DNA of 64,000 nt, from positions 27,899 to 91,898 of the forward strand of contig NZ_DATCTO010000069.1 of assembly GCF_036567905.1 (NCBI RefSeq), written 5' to 3'. The stretch is from Candidatus Binatus sp. (GTDB taxonomy: Bacteria; Desulfobacterota; Binatia; Binatales; Binataceae). Below are positions 28,728 through 38,675 of the stretch, piece after piece. The stretch's first letter is position 1. Every line of letters begins with the position of its first letter. The position numbers were made by a program, and so were the translations under genes. The notes below the pieces were generated by a model. That model saw only the letters and a list, made by a program, of their open reading frames with translations. It was not told the origin of the DNA and searched no databases.

Positions 28728-29192
28728 TCATGAGATTTTCTTGTCGTCCTTGTAGGTTTCCTCCCAATTCTTGAAGCCGTTGGGGTCCCATCGCTTCCAC
28801 ACACCCTCGCGCTTGCCGTTCTTGTACATTCCGGTCGCGGATATTTTGCCGCTGGTGTACCAGCCGACGTGCTCGCCCTCCTGCACGCCGTCCTGGTAGT
28901 GATCGATCGACTGCTTCTGTCCGTTGTCGTACCACATGGTCCATTCGCCGGTCTGCTTGCCGTCATGATATTCGCCCTGGATCATCTTTGACCCGTCGTC
29001 GTGGTAGAGCACGTAGGGTCCTTCTTTGACCTCCTGGCCGCCCACGGTCTTCACGCACGCGGTCTCAGAGCCTTTGGGCGGCGCCTCTCCTACCGGTCGG
29101 GTTCCGGGCGGGCATGACGGCACGGTTTTGCAGGCGAAGAGGGTCGTGGCGAGGATTATGAGTGCGATTTTGGCGTTCATTTTGAGGATCAA
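28728..29192 (-). CDS. MORN-variant-repeat lipoprotein (YwqK-like)
   Basis: Signal peptide with lipobox (LFAC) followed by G-x-Y/W-x-x-Y/W-x-x-G repeats (GEYHDGKQTGEWTMWYDNG, GEHVGWYTSGK, GMYKNGKREGVWKRW). Confidence 0.55.
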   Translation of the reverse strand: MILKMNAKIALIILATTLFACKTVPSCPPGTRPVGEAPPKGSETACVKTVGGQEVKEGPYVLYHDDGSKMIQGEYHDGKQTGEWTMWYDNGQKQSIDHYQDGVQEGEHVGWYTSGKISATGMYKNGKREGVWKRWDPNGFKNWEETYKDDKKIS

Positions 29193-29490
29193 GTTGGGCT
29201 AGAAAAAGGCGATTTATACCATATGTTGCGGTCTAGTGATCGGTGGGCCACCAAGGCTAGCTTTGTTCCGCCAAAATTAATATCTCGTGCGACCGGGGCT
29301 CGCCTGACGACTGCAGACGAGCGAGTGCGCGCGGAATGTGTGCGATGAGCGAAGTGCATAAGTGATCATTTAGCACGTCGAGGGAGAAATGATGAGGCTG
29401 AAAAGTTCACCCGCGGCGGCGGCAGTACATTGTTGAGGCCGCGCTCCGTTGTCGCGCGCGACCACTGCCAATGGCTTAATACTGCGCTGC

Positions 29491-29608
29491 CGTCGCCACG
29501 GCCAGGGGCTGCGGCCCCTGCACCCGCAGTGAGAAGACGCGAAAATCTGCGCAGCGCATCTTTTCGCGACTATGCGATGGAAGGGGTGACCCCTGGCCGT
29601 TGCGACGG
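29491..29608. repeat. ~100-bp palindromic dispersed repeat, copy 1 (TIR-flanked, MITE/REP-like)
   Basis: The core CAGGGGCTGCGG(C/G)CCCTGCACCCGCAGTGAGAAGACGCGAAAATCTGCGCAGCGCATCTTTTCGCGACTA(T/C)GCGA is about 97% identical to the copy at 44212-44290. Copy 1 is bounded by inverted repeats CGTCGCCACGGCCAGGGG / CCCCTGGCCGTTGCGACGG and has an internal CGCGAAAA...TTTTCGCG hairpin. Confidence 0.7.
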
Positions 29609-30219
29609 CAGCGCAGTGTTTGGCCGTAGCGACGGGTACGGGGCGTTCGCGACGCTCGCTCGGCGTGTGACGGGGTCACCGCGCCGGAGCGGAAGGGGCG
29701 GAAGCTGAGTTGACTGTCCGCCATTTGTCGGTCGCGCGGCAGTCTGTTAACTGAATGTCGATGAATCTCCGACACGCCGCCGCGCTGATGCTGCTCGTGC
29801 TCGCTATATCGATGGCCGGTTGCGGCAGTAGCAGCCATTCATCGCCGTGCAGGCGATCGAGTCCGGGAATAATAGTCACGTGCCAACACTCCAGTGTGGT
29901 GGGCGCAACTTCATTACCGGATAGTCCATACGGGCCGCGACAATAGAACCTTCGCCACGCCGGCGCTGTTTGCGGCCATCATTGCGGGCGCGGCGCGAAA
30001 CCGCACGCGCACAAAGGGCATCGCGGCGAGAACCTTTTACATGCCGCCGTGTCTGACGCCTCCTGAATCGTGCGCTGAAATCTCCCTCGCCCAGAGGCAG
30101 AATCCTGAATCGCGCGCGCCCGTTGGCACGGGAGGCCAGTATTAAGAAAGGAAAACAGGGCGCGCTCTATAAGGACCCTCACCTTCATCCTCTCCCTAAC
30201 AGGGCGAGGAAGGAACCGG

Positions 30220-30396
30220 GATTCTTCGCTGCGCAGACTCCGCTCTAGAATGACAGAAAAGGAAGGGACGCCGGGACCGGGATTCTTCCCCTTCGGCTTC
30301 GCTCAGGGCTTCGGCTCAATCACAGCAACTTTCGCTCAGAATGACTCCTATGGCCGCTAACTTTTTTTGTGTCATTCTAGAGCGCAGCGAAGAATC
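30220..30396. repeat. foldback element: ~40-bp inverted repeats flanking ~100 bp
   Basis: Left arm GATTCTTCGCTGCGC(agactccg)CTCTAGAATGACAGAAAAGG; right arm CTTTTTTTGTGTCATTCTAGAGCGCAGCGAAGAATC, which is the reverse complement apart from an 8-bp indel. Confidence 0.6.
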
Positions 30397-30466
30397 TCGC
30401 GCGCCAGCGCGTATCGCTTCAGCACCAACATCCGGTTATGCAACGTGGGCGGCGTCGGGCGTCGCA

Positions 30467-30510
30467 CCTCTCCCTAACCCTCTCCTTGGACAAGGAGAGG
30501 GTTAGGGAAG
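30467..30510. repeat. perfect 17/18-bp stem hairpin (CCTCTCCCTAACCCTCTCC-ttggacaa-GGAGAGGGTTAGGGAAG)
   Basis: Seen directly. It lies just 3' of the minus-strand TPP-enzyme gene. The half-site CTCTCCCTAAC also occurs at 30190-30200. Confidence 0.6.
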
Positions 30511-30536
30511 AACAAGGAGAGCGTGCGTGATCCCGC

Positions 30537-32228
30537 TTAGTTCGAGCCGGTCGAGCCCAGCAGGTTGCCGCCCAGGGTCGCGTTGCCGACCCTCACGTCG
30601 CCGAGCACGTTGATCATCGCCGGCTTGCCCGACTTGAACGCGCGCTCGAGCGCCGGAATGATCTGGTCGGCGGTCTCGACCTGCTCGCCATGGCATCCCA
30701 TCTCGGCGAAGATTTTGTCGTAGCGAATGTTCGGCAGCATGTTGAACGGATCGGTGTTGCCCGCGAGCCCCGGCATCTGGTCGAAATTCGGGCCCCATGA
30801 GCTGTTGTTCCACAGCACCGTGATGACCGGCAGCTTGTAGCGCGCGGCGGTCTCCATGTCCCAGCCGCCGATTCCCAGTCCGCCGTCTCCGCTGATGACG
30901 ACTATCTGCTGTCCGGGCCGCGCGAGCTGCGCGCCGATGCCCATTCCGACGCCGTGACCGACGGGCGCAAGCGGGCCCGCGTCAACGACCTGGCCCATGA
31001 AGCGGCAGGTGAACGCGCGGCTCATCCATCCCGAGAGGGTGAAACTGTCGATGACGGTGGTCGCGTTTTTGTCGAGCACGGTGATCAGGTCTTCGCACAG
31101 CCGCGCCGGATGAATCGGCTGATTTTTGGAGACCTTGGCGTTTTGTTCCTTGATCTGATTGTCGAAGCGCTGGCGCGTTTCCCAGACCTGCTTGACCCAG
31201 GGCGACGCCTTGTTCTTCGAGAAGTCGAGCTTGAGTTCCTTGATCCGCTTGATCATCTGTTGCAGCACGAGCTTTGGATCGCCGACCATCGGCAGATCCG
31301 CGTTCACCTGCCATCCGATTCGCGTCGGCGTGGGATCGACCTGGATGTACTTGGCCTTGTCGGTCCAGGTCGGCGGCTGCCCGAAATGCTCGCCGCTCCA
31401 GAAACGGAAGCCGATTGCGAGCACCACGTCGGCGCCGCCGGTGAACGGCTTCTTGAACGGGCCGCGAATCGCCAGCGGATGCTCTTCCGAGACCGCGCCC
31501 TGGCCGGCGCGGCGCGCGTAGATCGGGATGCTGGTCAGCTCGACGAACTCGCGCATCTCAGGCCCCGCCTGCGACCAGAACAATCCGTCGCCGCCGGCAA
31601 TCAGCGGGCGCTCGGCCGCCAGCAGCATCTCGAGCGCGCGATCGATCTTGGCCGGATCGCCCGCGGAGCGGACGTCATCGACGGTAAACTCGCGCGCGCC
31701 CTTGCGCTGCCCCGACTCTTCTTCGTGGTGATAGAGAATGTTCTGCGGAATCTCGAACAAGGCGACGCCCTGCGGCGGCGAAATCGCTTCGCGGAAAGCG
31801 GAGCGCAGATCGAACTGAATCGTGGACCAGTCGGTCACGCGCTTGGTGAATTTGGAGAAACTGTCAACGACTTCGGAACCGTAGGCCTCCTGGAACGAGC
31901 CGAGATGGTCTTCGGTGTTGGGATGCTGTCCGGAGATGCAAACCACGGCGCTGTTGGTCAATCCCGCGACGCACAGCCCCGTCACCGCGTTGGTCAGGCC
32001 GCATCCCGCGGTGACCATGCATACGCCCACCTGTCCGGAGGTGCGGGCGTAGGCGTCGGCCGCATAGGCGGTGGCCTGCTCGTGGCGCATGTGGATGAGC
32101 TTGATGTCGTGGTTGCGCAACTGGCCGAGGATCGGAAACAAATGACCGCCGTTGATTGCAAAACAATACTTCACACGGTTCTCGCGCATCACGCGCGCGA
32201 CTAATTCGCCGCCGTCAGCTTTCGCCAT
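30537..32228 (-). CDS. thiamine-pyrophosphate-dependent enzyme (acetolactate synthase large-subunit family)
   Basis: N-terminal TPP-Pyr domain (YCFAINGGHLFPIL...IHMRHEQATAYAADAYAR...GVCMVTAGCGLTNAVTGL) and C-terminal PP domain (GxGIGAQL...ISGDGG). Start set at the MAKADGGEL ATG. Confidence 0.8.
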   Translation of the reverse strand: MAKADGGELVARVMRENRVKYCFAINGGHLFPILGQLRNHDIKLIHMRHEQATAYAADAYARTSGQVGVCMVTAGCGLTNAVTGLCVAGLTNSAVVCISGQHPNTEDHLGSFQEAYGSEVVDSFSKFTKRVTDWSTIQFDLRSAFREAISPPQGVALFEIPQNILYHHEEESGQRKGAREFTVDDVRSAGDPAKIDRALEMLLAAERPLIAGGDGLFWSQAGPEMREFVELTSIPIYARRAGQGAVSEEHPLAIRGPFKKPFTGGADVVLAIGFRFWSGEHFGQPPTWTDKAKYIQVDPTPTRIGWQVNADLPMVGDPKLVLQQMIKRIKELKLDFSKNKASPWVKQVWETRQRFDNQIKEQNAKVSKNQPIHPARLCEDLITVLDKNATTVIDSFTLSGWMSRAFTCRFMGQVVDAGPLAPVGHGVGMGIGAQLARPGQQIVVISGDGGLGIGGWDMETAARYKLPVITVLWNNSSWGPNFDQMPGLAGNTDPFNMLPNIRYDKIFAEMGCHGEQVETADQIIPALERAFKSGKPAMINVLGDVRVGNATLGGNLLGSTGSN

Positions 32229-32510
32229 TACTGGACTCCTTCTGTCTGTGAAAATTCTCCCGCTGGTTCCGAATCCTTGCACATTTACGGCGTCGCCGAA
32301 AAGCGCGCGCGCATTGGTGACGGTTCAAGCGCAGGATTGCGCCAATGAACGGCGCATCGAGAGGGTTGATCGCCGCCGCCAAGCCTGTCAGTTTTGAGCA
32401 TCGTTCGGCGGAGCCGGCTTGCGCGGGTCCGAGCACTTGGGTTGCGGGTGGTGGAGTGGCGGAAGAGCAGCCGAATGCCAATAGGCGAAGGTTAATCCCA
32501 GGATTCCACG

Positions 32511-33791
32511 ATGCGGCGCGTTCTCGCCTCACTCATCATAATTACGGCGTTGGTTGCTGCGCGATCGACGGCGCATGCCTTCTCGCTGATAGACCCCGGC
32601 ACCTGGAACTGGCCGCAGTACGACTGGAACTCGTTCAATATCAAGGATCCCAACTCGTGGCCGTTCATCCCGGTGCCCGAAGTTGCCACCGATCCCAACG
32701 GCGGAGTCACTTACGGCGTTCTGCCGGTATGGCTGTTCACCGACGACAAGAACCAGATCAGCAGCATCCTGGCCCCCGATATCAACGCCAACAGCACGCT
32801 TGGACCGGGTGGGAACTTTCGCTACCTGGGCTATCCGTCGGCGGACACGCAATGGTACACGGTCGCGGGCGCGGAGGAGATCATCGCGCGCAAGGTCGAT
32901 CTCGATTACCAGACCGGGCGCGAGCATAAGCACTGGTGGTCGTTCGAAGGGCGCTTCTATTTCGAGCGCGATCCGACCGAGCGCTTCTTTGGAACGGGCA
33001 ACAACTCTCGCTGGGGCAACCAGACCAACTACACGACCGAGCAGCTTTATGGCGAGGCGACATTCGGCTTGAACCTTACCGAGAAGCTGCAGGTGTCACT
33101 GATGGAGCGTCCGCGCTACGTGCGAATCCTGGCCGGTGGCTTCACCTCGCTGCCGGACATTCACACCCTGTTTCCGAAGCAGAAAGGCCTCAACGGGGGC
33201 ACCGAAGTTCTCTCGCAGGCGATGATCCAATACGACTCGCGAGACTCGGTGGATATCCCGCGCTCGGGCACGCTGGGGCGGCTCTATTACGGTAATGCGG
33301 ATCGCAGATTCGGCAGCTCGGTTTCGTACAACCGCTTCGGCGGGGAAGTGCGTCAGTACTATTCCGTCGGCGATCGCATCACCTTTGCCGGTCATATTTT
33401 CAACGAGTACGAGCCGGCGGGTAACGAGATGCCATTTTGGTCGCAGGCGCGCCTGGGCGGCCAGGAAAGCTTGCTCACCGATCAGGAAACGCTGCGCGGT
33501 TACGGCGCCGGCCGCTTCATCGATAACAATCTGTTCGTGATGAACGTCGAGATGCGCACTCGGGTGTGGGAGAAAAACATCTTCGGCACCCACGGGGAAC
33601 TCGAAGTGGCGCCATTCGCCGAAGCGGGACGCGTCAGCCATGATATGGGCTACGACCCATTCTCGGATATGCACCCGGTGGGCGGAATCGGATTTCGCGG
33701 CATCGCGGAACCGTTCGTGGTCGGGTTCGTTGACGTCGGATGGGGCGGCGAAGGCGCCGCCATCTTTTCCGGCATCAACTATCCGTTCTAG
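32511..33791 (+). CDS. outer-membrane beta-barrel protein (Omp85/surface-antigen-D15-like?), signal peptide, C-terminal Phe
   Basis: Signal peptide ALVAARSTAHA, alternating amphipathic beta-strand composition rich in G/Y/F/N, and the terminal residue F typical of OM barrels. Family call is tentative. Confidence 0.45.
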   Translation: MRRVLASLIIITALVAARSTAHAFSLIDPGTWNWPQYDWNSFNIKDPNSWPFIPVPEVATDPNGGVTYGVLPVWLFTDDKNQISSILAPDINANSTLGPGGNFRYLGYPSADTQWYTVAGAEEIIARKVDLDYQTGREHKHWWSFEGRFYFERDPTERFFGTGNNSRWGNQTNYTTEQLYGEATFGLNLTEKLQVSLMERPRYVRILAGGFTSLPDIHTLFPKQKGLNGGTEVLSQAMIQYDSRDSVDIPRSGTLGRLYYGNADRRFGSSVSYNRFGGEVRQYYSVGDRITFAGHIFNEYEPAGNEMPFWSQARLGGQESLLTDQETLRGYGAGRFIDNNLFVMNVEMRTRVWEKNIFGTHGELEVAPFAEAGRVSHDMGYDPFSDMHPVGGIGFRGIAEPFVVGFVDVGWGGEGAAIFSGINYPF

Positions 33792-33883
33792 TCGCGCGCC
33801 GATCGTTTTCTCCGGCATTCGAGGGTTGTTGCACAGTAGCGCGACTCGCTTCGCGCGCAAATCACGATTCGGCTTCGCTTCAG

Positions 33884-34918
33884 ATGCGGCTTTCCGAACT
33901 AGACTACGACTTGCCCGAAGAATTGATCGCGCAGGCGCCGCTTGCGCGCCGCGACGAAGCGCGCCTGCTGGTGCTCGATCGCAAATCCAAATCGGTCGAG
34001 CATTCCCGCTTTTACAAACTCGTCCGTCATCTGCGCGAAGGAGACCTGCTCGTACTCAACGACACCCGCGTGCTGCCGGCCCGACTGTTCGCGCAGAAGG
34101 AATCGGGCGGCCGCGTCGAGTTGCTGATGGTGCGGCCGGCCGGCCCACTTGAAGGTCCCGCCGGCGCATGGATCGCGCTGATACGGACGCATCGCGTGCT
34201 CAAGGACAACGCGCGGCTGGTCTTGAGCGACGGTCATGCGCTGAGAATCGCCGGCTATGCGCGGCCGGGCCGCCCAATCGTCGTGGCCGAGGGCGAAAGC
34301 GGAGTTTCGATCGAACAGATACTCGAGCGCGCCGGCACGCTCGCGCTGCCGCACTATATTCATCGCAGCGCCGGTCCCGCCGATATCGACGACTACCAGA
34401 CGGTGTATGCCGCGCGGCCCGGCGCGATCGCGGCGCCCACCGCGGGGCTGCATTTCACCGCCGAGGCGTTCAAGGCGCTGGCCGATGCGGGCATCCGCAC
34501 CGCCACGGTGACGCTGCATATCGGTCCCGGCACTTTCGCTCCGGTGCGCGCGGTCGAGGTCGAGAGTCACACGATGGAGTCCGAGTGGTACACGATTACG
34601 CCCGCGACCCAGGCTGCCATCGAACATGCGCGGCGAATCGGCGGGCGCATAATTGCGGTTGGCACCAGCTCGACGCGCGCGCTCGAGTCGTGGGCGATCA
34701 CCGGCGACGTCGAGGGTTTCACCGGGCTCTTTATTCATCCGGGCTTTCGCTTCAAGCTGACTGACGCGATGCTGACGAATTTCCATATGCCCCGAACCAC
34801 GGTGCTCGCGCTGGCGATGGCGTTTGCGGGGCGCGATCATATTCTTGGGGCGTACCGCGAAGCGATTCGCCATCGCTACCGCTTTCTCAGCTACGGCGAC
34901 GCGATGTTGATTCTGTGA
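33884..34918 (+). CDS. queA: S-adenosylmethionine:tRNA ribosyltransferase-isomerase
   Basis: MRLSELDYDLPEELIAQAPLARRDEARLLVL...LVLNDTRVLPARLF is canonical QueA. Start moved to the internal ATG. Confidence 0.9.
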   Translation: MRLSELDYDLPEELIAQAPLARRDEARLLVLDRKSKSVEHSRFYKLVRHLREGDLLVLNDTRVLPARLFAQKESGGRVELLMVRPAGPLEGPAGAWIALIRTHRVLKDNARLVLSDGHALRIAGYARPGRPIVVAEGESGVSIEQILERAGTLALPHYIHRSAGPADIDDYQTVYAARPGAIAAPTAGLHFTAEAFKALADAGIRTATVTLHIGPGTFAPVRAVEVESHTMESEWYTITPATQAAIEHARRIGGRIIAVGTSSTRALESWAITGDVEGFTGLFIHPGFRFKLTDAMLTNFHMPRTTVLALAMAFAGRDHILGAYREAIRHRYRFLSYGDAMLIL

Positions 34919-36060
34919 TGAGCGGGCCAATCGAATTCAGGGTTACGGCGGTGGACGGCGACGCGCGCACCGGGCGGATCGTAACCCCTCACGGCGCGGT
35001 CGCGACGCCGGCCTTCATGCCGGTCGGCACGCGCGGCGCGGTCAAGGCGATGGCGCCCGACGAGTTGCGGTCGATGGGCTACACGATGGTGCTCGCCAAC
35101 GCGTACCATCTGGCGATTCGCCCGGGCGCCGGGTTGATCGGCGAGCTGGGCGGTGTAGCGCGCTTCATGGGATTTCCCGGCGCGGTGCTGACCGATTCGG
35201 GCGGGTTCCAGGCGATGAGCCTGGCGAAGATCAGTTCGATCAATGAAGAAGGCATCCGTTTTCGATCTCATCTCGACGGCGCGTCTTTGATGCTCACGCC
35301 CGAAAGCGCGATCGAGATTCAGCAACAGCTCGGCGCGGACATCATGATGGCGCTCGACGAGTGCACGCCTTACCCTGCCGAGCATCGTCGCGCGCTCATG
35401 TCGCTCGAGCTCACGGCGCGATGGGCCGAGCGCAGCCTGGCGGCGCGAATCAGCACCACGCAGGCGCTATTCGGAATTATCCAGGGCAGCATTTTCGCAG
35501 ATCTGCGCAAGACCAGTGCGTCGCAGATCACCTCGATTGGGTTCGACGGATACGCGGCGGGCGGACTTTCGGTGGGCGAACCGAAGGCCGCGATGCTGGA
35601 AATGGCGGCGCTGTCGGCGTCGATGATGCCGGCGGGCAAGCCGCGCTACCTGATGGGGGTGGGTACGCCGGCGGATTTGCTCGCGGCGATCGCGATGGGC
35701 TTCGACCTGTTCGACTGCGTGCTGCCCACGCGAAACGCGCGCAACGGGTGCGCCTTCACCAGCCAGGGGCGCATCTCGATCAAGCAGGCCGCGCATGCGC
35801 GCGACTCGATGCCGCTGGATCCGGCCTGCGAGTGCCGCCCGTGCCGGACCCATTCACGCGCCTACCTGCGTCATCTATATTTGTCCGGCGAGATACTCGC
35901 GGCGCGTGCGCTGACGGAGCATAATCTTCACTTCTATGCGAGCTTGATGCGCGATTGCCGCGATGCTATCGCATCGGGGAATTTCAAAGCGTATGCGATG
36001 GATGCATCGGCCGGCTGGGACAACGACAGCGCCGCCGAACCGGTTGAAGAATCTTTTTAG
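34915..36060 (+). CDS. tgt: queuine tRNA-ribosyltransferase (tRNA-guanine transglycosylase)
   Basis: RTGRIVTPHGAVATPAFMPVGTRGAVK...LANAYHL...MALDEC... and zinc site CxCxxC...H (CECRPCRTHSRAYLRHL). ATGA overlap with queA. Confidence 0.9.
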   Translation: MMSGPIEFRVTAVDGDARTGRIVTPHGAVATPAFMPVGTRGAVKAMAPDELRSMGYTMVLANAYHLAIRPGAGLIGELGGVARFMGFPGAVLTDSGGFQAMSLAKISSINEEGIRFRSHLDGASLMLTPESAIEIQQQLGADIMMALDECTPYPAEHRRALMSLELTARWAERSLAARISTTQALFGIIQGSIFADLRKTSASQITSIGFDGYAAGGLSVGEPKAAMLEMAALSASMMPAGKPRYLMGVGTPADLLAAIAMGFDLFDCVLPTRNARNGCAFTSQGRISIKQAAHARDSMPLDPACECRPCRTHSRAYLRHLYLSGEILAARALTEHNLHFYASLMRDCRDAIASGNFKAYAMDASAGWDNDSAAEPVEESF

Positions 36061-36153
36061 GAGACTTGCAAGCCCGATCGGTCGAAGTTTTTTTTTCAGG
36101 AGACTTGAAATCTTGAACAGTAGTAGTCGCGATCGTCTTAAGGACGTGATCTG

Positions 36154-36510
36154 ATGTTGTTTGAAGGCACCGCATGGGCGCAGGCCGCCGCAGGTCAAGC
36201 TGCCAGTCCCTCGTTTTTCGAGCAGTTGATGACGGGTCCGGGGCCGATCATGGCGCTGGTCGTCGCGGTCATGTACTTCCTGGTCTTCCGGCCGCAGAAC
36301 AAGAAGGCGCAGGAGCTGGGGAAGATGCTGGCCGCGCTCAAGCGCAACGACGAGGTCGTGACGACCGGCGGAATTATCGGGCGGATTCATGAGGCCGGCG
36401 ACAAAGTGATCACGCTCGAAGTTGCGCCCAACGTCAGATTGCGGGTCGAGCGATCGCAAATCGCGTCGATGTCGAGTCACAAGGCGCCGGCCAAGAAAGA
36501 CGACAAGTAG
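36154..36510 (+). CDS. yajC: preprotein translocase subunit YajC
   Basis: Single TM followed by FRPQNKKAQELGKMLAALKRNDEVVTTGGIIGRIHEAGDKVITLEV. Confidence 0.8.
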   Translation: MLFEGTAWAQAAAGQAASPSFFEQLMTGPGPIMALVVAVMYFLVFRPQNKKAQELGKMLAALKRNDEVVTTGGIIGRIHEAGDKVITLEVAPNVRLRVERSQIASMSSHKAPAKKDDK

Positions 36511-36523
36511 GGGCTTTATCATA

Positions 36524-38188
36524 GTGGAACAGACTCAAAGTTTCGGACCGATCCTGATTCTGCTCGTGCTGGTCGTGTCGTTTCTTTACATGCATTTCAC
36601 CAACGGCAGCGGGCTCACGCGCATCTACCTGGCCGGCGCCATCGTGGCGGCGGCGATACTTATTCTGCTGCCGAGCCTCAATATCGATCTGCCCGATTGG
36701 TTCAAGGCCGGGTTCGGCTCGACCAAAATCCAGCTCGGCCTCGACCTGCAGGGCGGGACGCATCTGCTGATGGCCGTGAAGCTGGACGAGGCGGTGCAAA
36801 CCCAGTTGCGCCGCCGCGGCGATGATCTGAAGCAGGAGCTCAAGGCCAACAAAATAGATTTCGCAGACGTCTCGGTCAGCGCGGCCGGCAATATGACCGT
36901 CAAGCTGAAGTCGAGCGCCGATCGCACGCCGTTCCTCGACCTGGTGCAGAAGTCGTTTTCGGATCTGACCGCAGTGAGCAACAGCGATTCGTCCAGCGCC
37001 GGTCCGTCATATTCGCTCGCCTACAAGGCGCGCGAGTTGCAGACGATTCGGTCCAACGCGATGGACCAGGCGCTGGAAACGATTCGCAATCGAATCGACC
37101 AGCTCGGGGTGCGCGAAACCACCGTCGCCAAAGAGGGCGACAACGAAATTTTAGTGCAACTGCCCGGAATCCAGGACCCCGAGCGCGCCAAGGAACTGAT
37201 CGGCAAGACGGCGGTGCTCGAATTCAAACTGGTTGACGACTCGAAAAACGTGCAGGACGCGATCAAGGACGGGCCGCCCCCCGGCGACGAAATCCTCTAT
37301 GGCACCTCGGAGCGCGGCGGCAGGGAGCCGTACCTGGTCGAGTCCCCGGTGCTGATGACCGGCGACGTCGTTACCGACGCGCGCGTGCGTCCCGGCGCGC
37401 GGCTGGAAGGTCCGTACGTGGCGGTCGAGCTCGACGCGCGCGGCGCGGGCATCTTCGATGCGATGACGGCGGAGAACGTCGGGCGGCGTCTGGCGATCGT
37501 GCTGGATAACACGGTTTACTCGGCGCCGGTAATCAAGGAACGAATTCCCGGCGGTCACGTCCAGATCACCGGACGCTTCTCGATGGACGAGGCGCACGAT
37601 CTCGCGATCGTATTGCGCTCGGGCGCGCTGCCGGCGTCGGTCGAAATCGAAGAGGAGCGCACGGTGGGCCCGTCGCTCGGCCGCGATTCGATTCGCCAGG
37701 GCGAGATGTCGTTCGTGATCGGCGCGGGCGCCGTGCTGATCTTCATGGCCGTGTACTACAGCGGCGCGGGTCTGCTGGCGGATTTCGGGCTGTCGCTCAA
37801 TATCCTGCTGCTGATCTGCGTGATGGCGGCGCTGGGCGCGACGCTGACGTTGCCGGGCATCGCCGGCATCGTGCTGACGCTGGGCATGTCGGTCGACGCC
37901 AACGTGCTGGTGAACGAACGAATGCGCGAAGAGTTGCGCGCGGGCAAATCGCCGCGCGAGGCGGTCAAGCTCGGCTACGATCGCGCATGGTCGGCGATTC
38001 GCGACTCGAATATCTCGACGTTTGCGGCGGGGCTGATCCTTTTCCAATTCGGAACGGGACCGGTCAAAGGCTTCGCCGTCACCCTGTGCGTAGGAGTGCT
38101 GACCGGACTATTTTCCTGTATTGTGGTTACGCGCGCGTGGTACGACTACCGGATTTCGATTCGGAAGCTCGCCAGGATTAGTGTTTAA
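36524..38188 (+). CDS. secD: protein translocase subunit SecD
   Basis: GTG start. Large periplasmic domain followed by the RND-like TM bundle (GPSLGRDSIRQGEMSFVIGAGAVLIFM...GIAGIVLTLGMSVDANVLVNERMREEL). No secF follows in this window. Confidence 0.85.
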   Translation: MEQTQSFGPILILLVLVVSFLYMHFTNGSGLTRIYLAGAIVAAAILILLPSLNIDLPDWFKAGFGSTKIQLGLDLQGGTHLLMAVKLDEAVQTQLRRRGDDLKQELKANKIDFADVSVSAAGNMTVKLKSSADRTPFLDLVQKSFSDLTAVSNSDSSSAGPSYSLAYKARELQTIRSNAMDQALETIRNRIDQLGVRETTVAKEGDNEILVQLPGIQDPERAKELIGKTAVLEFKLVDDSKNVQDAIKDGPPPGDEILYGTSERGGREPYLVESPVLMTGDVVTDARVRPGARLEGPYVAVELDARGAGIFDAMTAENVGRRLAIVLDNTVYSAPVIKERIPGGHVQITGRFSMDEAHDLAIVLRSGALPASVEIEEERTVGPSLGRDSIRQGEMSFVIGAGAVLIFMAVYYSGAGLLADFGLSLNILLLICVMAALGATLTLPGIAGIVLTLGMSVDANVLVNERMREELRAGKSPREAVKLGYDRAWSAIRDSNISTFAAGLILFQFGTGPVKGFAVTLCVGVLTGLFSCIVVTRAWYDYRISIRKLARISV

Positions 38189-38362
38189 TGATTGTTAATA
38201 ATGCTAAAAGATGCTAAGTGAATTTTGACGACTGCGCTCGGCTGGGACTGTGGGGAAATTTTCAGCTACCGGGCGCCATTTACCTTGACTTGGGCGACGG
38301 GCGCATACTACAAAATCGCGTCCTGACAAAATCTCCGAGGAAAGGCGTCTTGTTGGACTCGT

Positions 38363-38557
38363 ATGGCCGATAAGGACGACATACTGCTGAACTCCCGCGA
38401 AGTCGCGTTCCTGCTCGACCTGAGTCCGGACACGGTGAACGAGTTTGCCCGGCGCAATATTATTCCGGCCTTCAAGAAAGGCCGCCAGTGGCGATTTCGC
38501 AAGCGCGATATAACTTCTGTCAAACGTCAGTTGCGAGGCATCAATGCGGCGGCCTGA
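38363..38557 (+). CDS. helix-turn-helix DNA-binding protein (excisionase/MerR-like HTH_17 family)
   Basis: The 64-aa product (LLNSREVAFLLDLSPDTVNEFARRNIIPAFKKGRQWRFRKRDI) matches the excisionase-family HTH pattern. Confidence 0.5.
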   Translation: MADKDDILLNSREVAFLLDLSPDTVNEFARRNIIPAFKKGRQWRFRKRDITSVKRQLRGINAAA

Positions 38558-38675
38558 CGCCACGCGCGCGCGAGTCACGCTGAATTCGCGTCGCATGCGG
38601 CCAAAATCGCCGTGCATTAGAAATCCTGGCTCGCACTGATCGCCTGGGCTGCGTCGAACCCAAGGGAGTTTTTCG

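Noticed and set aside
30467-30510. The 17-bp-stem hairpin as the rho-independent terminator of the TPP-enzyme gene
   Set aside because: No U/A tract follows on the relevant strand. Recorded as a repeat or hairpin only.
36061-36153. Direct repeat CAGGAGACTTG x2 with a T9 run between tgt and yajC, considered as a terminator or attenuator
   Set aside because: No convincing GC-rich stem precedes the T-run. More likely tandem RBS-like sequence. Left unannotated.
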